From Candidatus Eiseniibacteriota bacterium (lineage in GTDB: Bacteria; Arandabacterota; Arandabacteria; Arandabacterales; Arandabacteraceae), in NCBI GenBank assembly GCA_043810925.1, contig JBDRNT010000106.1:1-64000 (forward strand): DNA of 64,000 nucleotides, read 5' to 3'. Positions 9,569 through 17,472 of this stretch are shown in pieces. Position 1 is the stretch's first letter, and the number at the start of each line of letters is the position of its first letter. Under the pieces are notes generated by a model. That model ran no database searches. It was given only the letters and a program-made list of their open reading frames with translations, and was not told where the DNA came from. The position numbers and the translations under genes were made by a program.

Positions 9569-10486
9569 TTGACGCTTGCTGAGCAAGGAGCTATTACGCC
9601 TAGGATCACGCGTCTCGGACGCAGGGAGTCATGCGTCTATCTCGTGGATGGCGGAACCGAAAGCGTGGTCATAGAAGGCGGCATGGCCTACGTGGCTCCT
9701 GATATCATCCGGCAGATTGAAAAACTCGGAATCGATGAAACCAGGATTCGGCGTCTCATAATCCTCCACTCTCACTTCGACCACTGCGGTCTCATCCCTT
9801 TCCTGAAGCGACGCTGGCCCTGGGCAACTGTCGCGGCATCCGAGCGGGCGGGGCAATTGCTGTCCGACCCCGAGGTAACGGAGCGTATCGTAGACCTCAA
9901 CCAGGCAATGACTTCACGGGCGAGGCTCGAGGAGGAGGCCCGGCGCCTCGGTTCAGCCTTCACGCATGTTGACGTAGAGGAGACTCTCAAGGATGGGGCT
10001 GTGATTCGCTGTGGCGACTTGACACTCGAGGTCATTGGGGTGCCCGGTCATTCTTCATGCTCGATTGCGGTCTATATCCCGGAGGAAAAGGCTATGTTCG
10101 TGTCGGATGCGGCCGGGGTGCGCCACCAGGACTTCTTTCTACCTACGGGAAACTCGAATTACGATCTCTATCAGGCGAGTCTTGAAAAGATGGCCGGGTA
10201 CGACGTGGATGTGATCCTGCCCGGGCACTACGGCCCGGCCACGGGTGTGGCCGCACGCACCTATCTTCCGAAGGCGATTGAAGACTCGAAGGCGTGCCGC
10301 ATTATGCTTGAGTCCTCCTACAGGCGTACCCGGGACGCGGACAGGAGCACCGAAGAACTCGTGCGCGCCTTCATGGAAAAGGCACCCATGTACTTCCTTT
10401 CGAAAGACATCTACACCGTGATCATCGGCCAGATGATGAAATTCATCGCGAAGTCCATTGAAGACCAGGCAGAACCAGAGTCGTAG
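9569..10486 (+). CDS. Metallo-beta-lactamase-fold hydrolase
   Basis: HSHFDH, PGHS, SDA and PGH metal motifs; TTG start after GAGAGG (the track starts at 9536). Confidence 0.85.
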   Translation: MTLAEQGAITPRITRLGRRESCVYLVDGGTESVVIEGGMAYVAPDIIRQIEKLGIDETRIRRLIILHSHFDHCGLIPFLKRRWPWATVAASERAGQLLSDPEVTERIVDLNQAMTSRARLEEEARRLGSAFTHVDVEETLKDGAVIRCGDLTLEVIGVPGHSSCSIAVYIPEEKAMFVSDAAGVRHQDFFLPTGNSNYDLYQASLEKMAGYDVDVILPGHYGPATGVAARTYLPKAIEDSKACRIMLESSYRRTRDADRSTEELVRAFMEKAPMYFLSKDIYTVIIGQMMKFIAKSIEDQAEPES

Positions 10487-10511
10487 CCGTCCGGCGCCCC
10501 GCTTAATTGAC

Positions 10512-10540
10512 TTGAAATCCGCAGGAGTTTCCTATATCGT
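10512..10540 (+). promoter_or_regulatory. Sigma70-type promoter of the had-dch operon
   Basis: TTGAAA-N17-TATCGT upstream of the GGAGG RBS. Confidence 0.5.
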
Positions 10541-10572
10541 TTTTTGCTAGGTAGACAAAAAAGGGAGGCGTT

Positions 10573-11634
10573 ATGGGTTCCACTGAAGCCTACGGATACT
10601 TTTTCAAGGAGAAGGGTGTACCGCTTGAAAAGAAGCCCTTCACTCTGGACCCGCCGGAGGGCGATGCCGTCATCGTCAAGGTTGCCGGCTGTGGTCTGTG
10701 CCATACCGATCTTGGATTCATAAGCGGGAACGTCAGAACCAATAGCGAGCTTCCTCTCATACTGGGACATGAGATCAGCGGTGAAGTCGTTGCCGCCGGT
10801 CCGGATTCCCAGGGACTTCTTGGCAAGAATGTGATCATACCGGCAGTACTCCCCTGTGGGGAGTGCGAGCTCTGCAAAGGTGGCAGAGGCAATATCTGCC
10901 GCCGTCAGAAGATGCCCGGAAACGATTTCAACGGAGGCTTCGCAAGTCACGTCGCCGTCCCGGGACACTTTCTCTGCGTGTTGCCTGATGACACCGGCAG
11001 TTTCAAGGTTTCGCAGTTTTCCGTGATTGCAGACGCCGTCACGACGCCGTATCAATCGCTCCAGAGAAGCAATCTCAAGAAAGGCGATCTGGCCGTGGTG
11101 ATCGGGGTCGGGGGCATCGGTATCTACATGGCCCAGCTTGCCGGGGATGCCGGAGCGACAGTGATTGCGATCGACATCGACGAAACCAGGCTCGAGACCG
11201 CGCTCGAGCAGGGTGCGGATTTCGGTATCAACTCGAAGGATCTATCCGAGAGGGACTTGAGGGACAAAGTCAGGGCGCTCGTTAAGGAAAACAAGCTTGC
11301 GAAGTACCAGTGGAAGATATTCGAAACCAGCGGCACGGCGGCAGGACAGGCGATCGGGTTTTCGTTGCTGACATTCGCCGGCACCCTCGGGATCGTGGGT
11401 TTCACAATGGATAAGGTCCCGGTCCGGTTGAGCAATATAATGGCGTTTGACGCCGACGTGTTCGGTAACTGGGGCTGCAAGCCCGAACACTATCCCGCGG
11501 TGGTAGCGAAGGTGCTCGATGGGTCCATCAACATACTGGACAATATCGAGGAGCGGCCTCTCGACTCGATCAATGAGGTTCTGCCGCTGGCATTCGATCA
11601 CAAGCTCTCGAAACGTGTGGTGTTTGTGCCCTAG
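10573..11634 (+). CDS. had: 6-hydroxycyclohex-1-ene-1-carbonyl-CoA dehydrogenase
   Basis: Zn-ADH motifs GCGLCHTD, GHEISG, CGECELC..G..NIC; family-typical QKMPGND.NGGFASH, RLSNIMAFD and GNWGC; adjacent to dch. Confidence 0.92.
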   Translation: MGSTEAYGYFFKEKGVPLEKKPFTLDPPEGDAVIVKVAGCGLCHTDLGFISGNVRTNSELPLILGHEISGEVVAAGPDSQGLLGKNVIIPAVLPCGECELCKGGRGNICRRQKMPGNDFNGGFASHVAVPGHFLCVLPDDTGSFKVSQFSVIADAVTTPYQSLQRSNLKKGDLAVVIGVGGIGIYMAQLAGDAGATVIAIDIDETRLETALEQGADFGINSKDLSERDLRDKVRALVKENKLAKYQWKIFETSGTAAGQAIGFSLLTFAGTLGIVGFTMDKVPVRLSNIMAFDADVFGNWGCKPEHYPAVVAKVLDGSINILDNIEERPLDSINEVLPLAFDHKLSKRVVFVP

Positions 11635-11661
11635 AGGGAACCGGTGTTCCTGGAGGCTGTG

Positions 11662-12438
11662 ATGAACCACAATCTTATCGAAGTCACCGAAAGAAACGAC
11701 GGCGAAATCACCGAAATCGCCCTGGGGCCTCCTCCCGCAAACATCCTTTCGGCCGCAATGATGGAAGAGATCTCTGCCCAGCTCCGTGAAGATGCCGGCA
11801 AGCCACGGAAGAAGCTCGTAATCTTCACGGGACAGGGTAAGCACTTCAGTTTCGGGGCCAGCGTGGAGGAGCATACCGCCGACCGGGTAGGGGACATGCT
11901 GCCTAAGTTCCACAGCATGATCGGAGACCTGCTCAATTGTGACATTCCGACGCTTGCCAGTGTGTCGGGCCAGTGTCTGGGTGGGGCCCTTGAACTTGTC
12001 CTCGCCTGCGATTTCATCTTTGCTGCAGCAGGTGCCAAGCTCGGGGTACCGGAGATGCAGCTCGGTGTCTTTCCGCCTGTGGCATGTGTTCTGGTGCCGC
12101 TTAAGGCTAGCGGCCGGCTGGGGCTCGAAATGGCAATGACCGGGCAGTCGTTCACTGCAGAGGAGTTACACAGGCAGGGCCTGGTCAACAAGGTTACCGA
12201 CACTGAGAATCTCGACGAGGCGGTCTCATCCTTTTTCGAGAAGCAGCTTCATCCCAAGAGCGCATCATCGCTCCGGATGGCCAAATCGGCGGCCGCGATG
12301 ATGATGAGAGAAAACTACAAAGCATACATAGGCAAGATAGAAAGCCTGTATCTCAAAGGCCTTATGTCCACAGCGGATGCTAAGGAGGGACTCAAGGCCT
12401 TTCTTGAGAAGCGAACGCCCGAGTGGAAAAACGAGTAA
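11662..12438 (+). CDS. dch: Cyclohexa-1,5-diene-1-carbonyl-CoA hydratase
   Basis: Crotonase fold with the Dch-typical PPANIL, HFSFGASVEEH, GQCLGGALE, PE..LGVF.P and YL..LM.T.DA.EG motifs; ATG after GGAGG. Confidence 0.92.
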   Translation: MNHNLIEVTERNDGEITEIALGPPPANILSAAMMEEISAQLREDAGKPRKKLVIFTGQGKHFSFGASVEEHTADRVGDMLPKFHSMIGDLLNCDIPTLASVSGQCLGGALELVLACDFIFAAAGAKLGVPEMQLGVFPPVACVLVPLKASGRLGLEMAMTGQSFTAEELHRQGLVNKVTDTENLDEAVSSFFEKQLHPKSASSLRMAKSAAAMMMRENYKAYIGKIESLYLKGLMSTADAKEGLKAFLEKRTPEWKNE

Positions 12439-12470
12439 GCGATGCCTATTAACAATGGAGGATACCGTTC

Positions 12471-13745
12471 ATGAAGCGAGCTGAGACCGATGTGGTCATC
12501 GCGGGTGCAGCGCGTACACCGATTGGAAAACACGGAGGGTACTATAACCACCTGTCGGCCGAGGATCTAGGGGTCATCGCCGTCCGTGAGGCTCTTGCGC
12601 GTTCCGCGATAGACACGAGTAGAGTCAAGATCGATCAGGTGATCGCCGGGATGATCTACATAGACTCCCGCTGCCAGCACATCTACCTTCCGAGGAATGT
12701 CGCCACGAGGGTGGCCGACCAGATAGGGGACGAAGGAAATCTGGGCTGCGCTCCGGGCAAGACAACGCTTCGGATCTGTGGGACCGGCTTTCAGGTGGCT
12801 GCTGACGCGTATGACCTCATTACCGGCAGAGACGCCAACAAGATGAACTGTATTATCTCCTTTGGAACCGAGAGCATGTCTCAAACCAACCTGATCAACC
12901 ATGGCCGTCGCAAACCGGACAGTGTATGGGACTTCGACGATGCGCCGACGACGGACTTCCTCTTGGAAGGTTTCAACCATTATCTCTTCGACACGCTTAT
13001 GCCCAAGACAGCCGACAAGTACGGGAAGGAAATCGGTATCACACGAGAGGAATGTGACAAGTTTGCATGCTTGAGCCACGACCGCTCAAAGAGGGCCCAG
13101 CTCAAACAATGGAACAGATTTTCACCACCGGACGATAAGGGCTATCTCAAGGGGAGTTTCGAAGTAGACACCACCGACCAGCGGGGGCGGAACATAAGTC
13201 TCTGGCGGGATGAAGGGACGAGGTATGATGTCGATTTCGAGGGGCTGAGCGGACTGCGGCCGCTACTGGGCGGCGACGGCCTCGTCACACCGGGAAACGC
13301 AAGCCAGATAAGTGACGGCGCAGCGAGCGTTGTACTTCTGGATCGGGCATTTGCGGACAAGCACCATATCCCGTATATCGCCCGGATCAGTGGCTACAAT
13401 TTCGCAACGGTCGATCCCGAGATTATGGGGCAGGGTCCGGTTCCGGCGATCAAGGGCCTGCTTGAAAAACTCAATCTCAAACTGGGTGACGTCGACCTCT
13501 TTGAAGTCAACGAGGCATTTGCACCTCAGTACCTTGCGGTTGAAAAGGAACTCGGACTGCCGCGGGACAAAACCAATGTCAACGGCGGGGCCATAGCGGT
13601 CGGCCATAACATAGCCGCGACCGGCCTTAGAATGACAATCGACCTGGTATATGAACTGCGAAGACGCGGAGAGCGTACAGGGATTGCTTCGGCGTGTATC
13701 GGTGGGGGACAGGGAGGGGCAATCTGCGTGGAGGTATTGGATTGA
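12471..13745 (+). CDS. Acetyl-CoA C-acyltransferase (thiolase), probably for 3-oxopimeloyl-CoA or related substrates
   Basis: AARTPIG, RICGTG (catalytic Cys), NEAFA, GGAIAVGH and SACIGGGQG motifs. Confidence 0.88.
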   Translation: MKRAETDVVIAGAARTPIGKHGGYYNHLSAEDLGVIAVREALARSAIDTSRVKIDQVIAGMIYIDSRCQHIYLPRNVATRVADQIGDEGNLGCAPGKTTLRICGTGFQVAADAYDLITGRDANKMNCIISFGTESMSQTNLINHGRRKPDSVWDFDDAPTTDFLLEGFNHYLFDTLMPKTADKYGKEIGITREECDKFACLSHDRSKRAQLKQWNRFSPPDDKGYLKGSFEVDTTDQRGRNISLWRDEGTRYDVDFEGLSGLRPLLGGDGLVTPGNASQISDGAASVVLLDRAFADKHHIPYIARISGYNFATVDPEIMGQGPVPAIKGLLEKLNLKLGDVDLFEVNEAFAPQYLAVEKELGLPRDKTNVNGGAIAVGHNIAATGLRMTIDLVYELRRRGERTGIASACIGGGQGGAICVEVLD

Positions 13746-13788
13746 TTCCCGGTTGTGACCGGCATTGACTTTTTGAAGGAGACGGAAA

Positions 13789-16248
13789 ATGGGAACCTGC
13801 TTTCATTATGGTCAGCGACTGCTGAAGAACGAAATCCCGGTGTTTAAGGGCATGAAAACTGTGGCGATCATCGGCTCCGGCACAATGGGAATAGGGATAG
13901 CCATAGACATTCTGAACAAGACCGACTTCAGTCTCATCCTGATAGACATCTCCGATGCCGCACTCAAGCGCGCCAAGAGCGAGATCGGAGCATACTTCAC
14001 CGGGATGGCAAAGGGCGGACGAATACTTGAGGATGATCTTGATGACTACCTGGGACGGGTCACGTACACAAAGGACTATAGGGGTCTTAAGAAGGTGGAG
14101 GTGATCTGGGAGGTCGCGACCGAACGGATCGATATCAAGCGCAAGATCTTCAAACTGATCGAGAAGCACTGCGACGGCGACAGACTTGCGTTTGTGTATT
14201 CGAACACATCATCACATACGACTGCAGAGCTGGCCGAGCTTTTCAGTGACAAGATGATCCGGGAGAAGTTCCTCACCGGTCATGGCTATTTTCCGTTTCA
14301 CGCCAACCGGCTTTTCGACGTGATGAAGGGCAAGTATGCAAGCGATGTCACCTATCTCATCGGGGTCGCCTTTGCTGAACAGATACTCGAGAAGAGGGTG
14401 GTTGCGCTTCCGAATGACCATCACGGCTACGTTGCCGACCCGATCTTCCAGGGTATGGGTGCGATCGTCAGTTGGGACATCAAGACCGGCCGGGACCTGG
14501 TGGAGCTGCCGCTTGTGTTTGCGATGATGACGGCAAACCCCTTTAACGTACTCGACAGAACCGGACATATGCCCTATACCGAGAGTGGCAAACACCTTGG
14601 CAAGGCTCTGCCTGAGGACGATAGATTGAGATCGATCTATAACCAGGATGGCAGGCACTACCCGAAGTGGATCGAAGACCTCGAGAAGTCCGGGAAGACA
14701 GGTGTTGCCTCCAAGACAAAGGAAGGCTTCTTCAAGTGGGCCGGCCGTGCCGGGCGTGAGCAGGCCACCCAGGTCTACGATCCCTCCAAGAAGAAGTATG
14801 TCGACATACCCGAGCCGAACTGGAATGATTTCTGGTCGATAAAAGAGGCGGAGGCCTTTGACCAGCGTGAGGGTATGATTAAGAGCATAGAGGGACTCAT
14901 CGGGATTGCCGCTTCGGAGGACAGGGCCGGCAAGACATTCAGGCGTTACGCCATACCCATCATGCTCTACGGTCTTGATCTTATCCAGGATGGATTCGCC
15001 ACACCTGGAGATGTCAATACATCCACGAAGGCGGGTCTCAGGTTCAAGTTCGGGTTGTGTGAGATCATCGACGGTTTTATCGATGACTTCGGTATCGACG
15101 GCTTTGTAGGACTCGTCAAGAAGGCTGCACATGAAAACCCCGACCGGGCGGAGCACTTCGATGTCGACGGCAAGGTGGGCCCTCGAAGCGGTAAGCCGTC
15201 ACTCCTCTTCGAGATGAAAAGGCGGGGGTGGACGAGCCTGCTCGATTATGGAAGAGTCTACGGCACACCTGTGGGCCAGCGGAATTTCAAAACAGGTGCG
15301 ATCGATCCCTATTATAACGATATCCGCTTCATCTACCCCAACTCGAGGGACAGGGTAGGCACGGTCATCTTCGACAACCCGCTCCGGGGCAACGTGTGGA
15401 ACCGGTACGCACTGGACCAGCTCGATCACGCAGTCGGGATAGCGATCGACCTCTATGAGAATGGCGACCTGGGCTCGCTTTTCTTCACAGCCTCAGGTAA
15501 GGGTATGCGCATGCTCGGTGCTGATGCGCGTCAGTTCAACCGGGGATGGTTCGATCCGGCCAGGGGGTATGAGTTCCTGGGTGAAGAGGAAGCCGCGTAT
15601 TTCACCAGGGCCGGTATGGCCATCTTCAGGTTCCTTCAGGAGTGTCCTATCTGGACCGTGGGTGCTTTCGGTGAGAAGTGGGGGGGCGGTGCGGAGTTCA
15701 GCTACTTCCTCAACCAGCGTTTTGATCTCCGGGCAGACGGGGTGACATTTGACACGATTGCCAGAGCCAACGTCAAGCGCGAGAAGGTAAACTACAACCA
15801 ACCTGAGATCGAATACGCGATTCTTGGTGGATTCGGGGCTGTGCAGGAACTGCGCCGCCTTGGTTTCGGAGACTCGCTCATAGATGAGGTCTTCCTCCAG
15901 GGCTTGACCGCGACGCGGGCCTATGTTCTGGGGCTTGCCAACGGCATGAGCGACTGTGAATACGAGCTCCTCGAGAAAGCCTATGAAGTTGCCCGAATCA
16001 GGCAGAAGTATGCGGCTCCTTACTCGGTGGCACTTTTCAATCTCCAGAAGAAGAACAGTTTCACCGAGGGCACAGATGATGAGAAGCTCATCACCGAGAC
16101 GGGTGAGACCCTGAATCCCGAGAAGAACCCTTACGTGGCCAATGGGCTGCTGCGTCTGCTCAATATGGGCGGCCGAAACCCCAAGATGGATCTATCGGTC
16201 CGCGGTGAGCTACCGGGTTGGAAGAATACGTACGACGAACTGTTCTAG
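13789..16248 (+). CDS. 3-hydroxyacyl-CoA dehydrogenase (N-terminal) / enoyl-CoA hydratase (C-terminal) fusion, divergent
   Basis: IIGSGTMGIGIA, EVATE...K and SNTSS in the N-terminal part; C-terminal crotonase motifs LGADARQF, GGGAE and QPE...ILGGFGAVQ. Confidence 0.8.
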   Translation: MGTCFHYGQRLLKNEIPVFKGMKTVAIIGSGTMGIGIAIDILNKTDFSLILIDISDAALKRAKSEIGAYFTGMAKGGRILEDDLDDYLGRVTYTKDYRGLKKVEVIWEVATERIDIKRKIFKLIEKHCDGDRLAFVYSNTSSHTTAELAELFSDKMIREKFLTGHGYFPFHANRLFDVMKGKYASDVTYLIGVAFAEQILEKRVVALPNDHHGYVADPIFQGMGAIVSWDIKTGRDLVELPLVFAMMTANPFNVLDRTGHMPYTESGKHLGKALPEDDRLRSIYNQDGRHYPKWIEDLEKSGKTGVASKTKEGFFKWAGRAGREQATQVYDPSKKKYVDIPEPNWNDFWSIKEAEAFDQREGMIKSIEGLIGIAASEDRAGKTFRRYAIPIMLYGLDLIQDGFATPGDVNTSTKAGLRFKFGLCEIIDGFIDDFGIDGFVGLVKKAAHENPDRAEHFDVDGKVGPRSGKPSLLFEMKRRGWTSLLDYGRVYGTPVGQRNFKTGAIDPYYNDIRFIYPNSRDRVGTVIFDNPLRGNVWNRYALDQLDHAVGIAIDLYENGDLGSLFFTASGKGMRMLGADARQFNRGWFDPARGYEFLGEEEAAYFTRAGMAIFRFLQECPIWTVGAFGEKWGGGAEFSYFLNQRFDLRADGVTFDTIARANVKREKVNYNQPEIEYAILGGFGAVQELRRLGFGDSLIDEVFLQGLTATRAYVLGLANGMSDCEYELLEKAYEVARIRQKYAAPYSVALFNLQKKNSFTEGTDDEKLITETGETLNPEKNPYVANGLLRLLNMGGRNPKMDLSVRGELPGWKNTYDELF

Positions 16249-16251
16249 ATT

Positions 16252-16312
16252 GTAGTGTCGGGGTTCCATCACCGACGGTATTCCTTCGTCGGGCGCAGAA
16301 CCCCGACGCTAC
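16252..16312. repeat. GTAG-type REP doublet, family B (inverted pair)
   Basis: GTAGTGTCGGGGTTCCATCACCGACG and the inverted copy CGTCGGGCGCAGAACCCCGACGCTAC, located between convergent genes. Confidence 0.75.
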
Positions 16313-16407
16313 CGCTGACTTCCGGGGGCGTAGGGCGCAGCCTCCCGGGACGCAAGCGAATGCCTTTCCTGAGCAAGCGGGCCAGGAGGTGTGCCGACGT
16401 TTCAGAT

Positions 16408-17370
16408 CTAGGCGTGTTCGGCACCGGGCAGGACTTCCAGCTGTGTGCCCTTGATCAGGCGAACGATCGTGCTGTTGAAGGGGGTCTCGATACCACACAT
16501 CTGTCCGTACTCCACGATTTTACCGTTCAGGAAATCGATCTCGGACGGGTTCTGAAGTTCTATGTCGATGTGCATAGACGTCTGGTGATGGCCGGCCTTA
16601 TCGAGATAACCCATGCATGTGTCGAGGAATCCTTCCGGAAGTTCCACCTGCATCTCCTCGGCGACCGTAACGGACTCCCGGAGCACGTCTTCTACGAGCG
16701 ACCTCGTTGCCTTGAAGTCCATCATCTGTTTCATGGTCTTCCTGGTTAACGCGCACATCGCGGAAAGTCCGCAGTTGAGTATGACCTTGATCCACACCCG
16801 TTTCTGGATATCGGGCGCGAACTCCGTGTCCATCCGGGCGGCCGTCAACACCCTGGCCAGTTTTTCAGCCTCTTTCCGTTTGTTGGGGTTGATGACGCCG
16901 ATGTAATTGGGTGGATTGAAGAACGAACACCGGATCTTACCCTTGTCTATGATATTCCCGGCATAATTGACAACCATCCTGAGCACGTTATCGTATCCGA
17001 AAGTCTCTGCGAGCACCTTCTCAGTGTCCATCCCGTTCTGGAGGCTGATGACGGTTGTCCCCGGCTTGAGAACCTTTGCAAGCGTAGGTATGATTGCAGC
17101 CATGACAGACGCTTTGACTGCGACAAAGAGGTAATCCATACTCTTCTTCCCATGCAGTTCATCGACGCAGTAGCAGACATCCTCTGGATCAAATCGTGCG
17201 GTGAGCTCCATGATTCCTGTAAGGTTGAGACCGTGTTCTCTGACGTGATCCATATGTTCTTTGAGCACATCGACAAGCACCACCGAATGACCTGCATCAG
17301 CCAGGCGCGCCGCCATGGCCCCTCCGGTAGGACCCACGCCGACTACGCCGAATCTGAACTTATCTGCCAT
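16408..17370 (-). CDS. panE: 2-dehydropantoate 2-reductase (ketopantoate reductase family)
   Basis: GVGPTGG, VAVK, SLQNG, WIKVILNC and TSMHID...SEIDFLNGKIV motifs. Confidence 0.85.
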   Translation of the reverse strand: MADKFRFGVVGVGPTGGAMAARLADAGHSVVLVDVLKEHMDHVREHGLNLTGIMELTARFDPEDVCYCVDELHGKKSMDYLFVAVKASVMAAIIPTLAKVLKPGTTVISLQNGMDTEKVLAETFGYDNVLRMVVNYAGNIIDKGKIRCSFFNPPNYIGVINPNKRKEAEKLARVLTAARMDTEFAPDIQKRVWIKVILNCGLSAMCALTRKTMKQMMDFKATRSLVEDVLRESVTVAEEMQVELPEGFLDTCMGYLDKAGHHQTSMHIDIELQNPSEIDFLNGKIVEYGQMCGIETPFNSTIVRLIKGTQLEVLPGAEHA

Positions 17371-17472
17371 GCTCGGGCCTCCTCCCGCGGTCCGGGGAGT
17401 CTAAAAAAACCTCATTCGCGGGCGATTATACCATAGATGTTCAGCCGTCCCAATCAGCAAGATCCTGATAAC

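Noticed and set aside
9536-10486. Antibiotic-resistance beta-lactamase
   Set aside because: There is no signal peptide; it has a generic MBL fold in a catabolic context.
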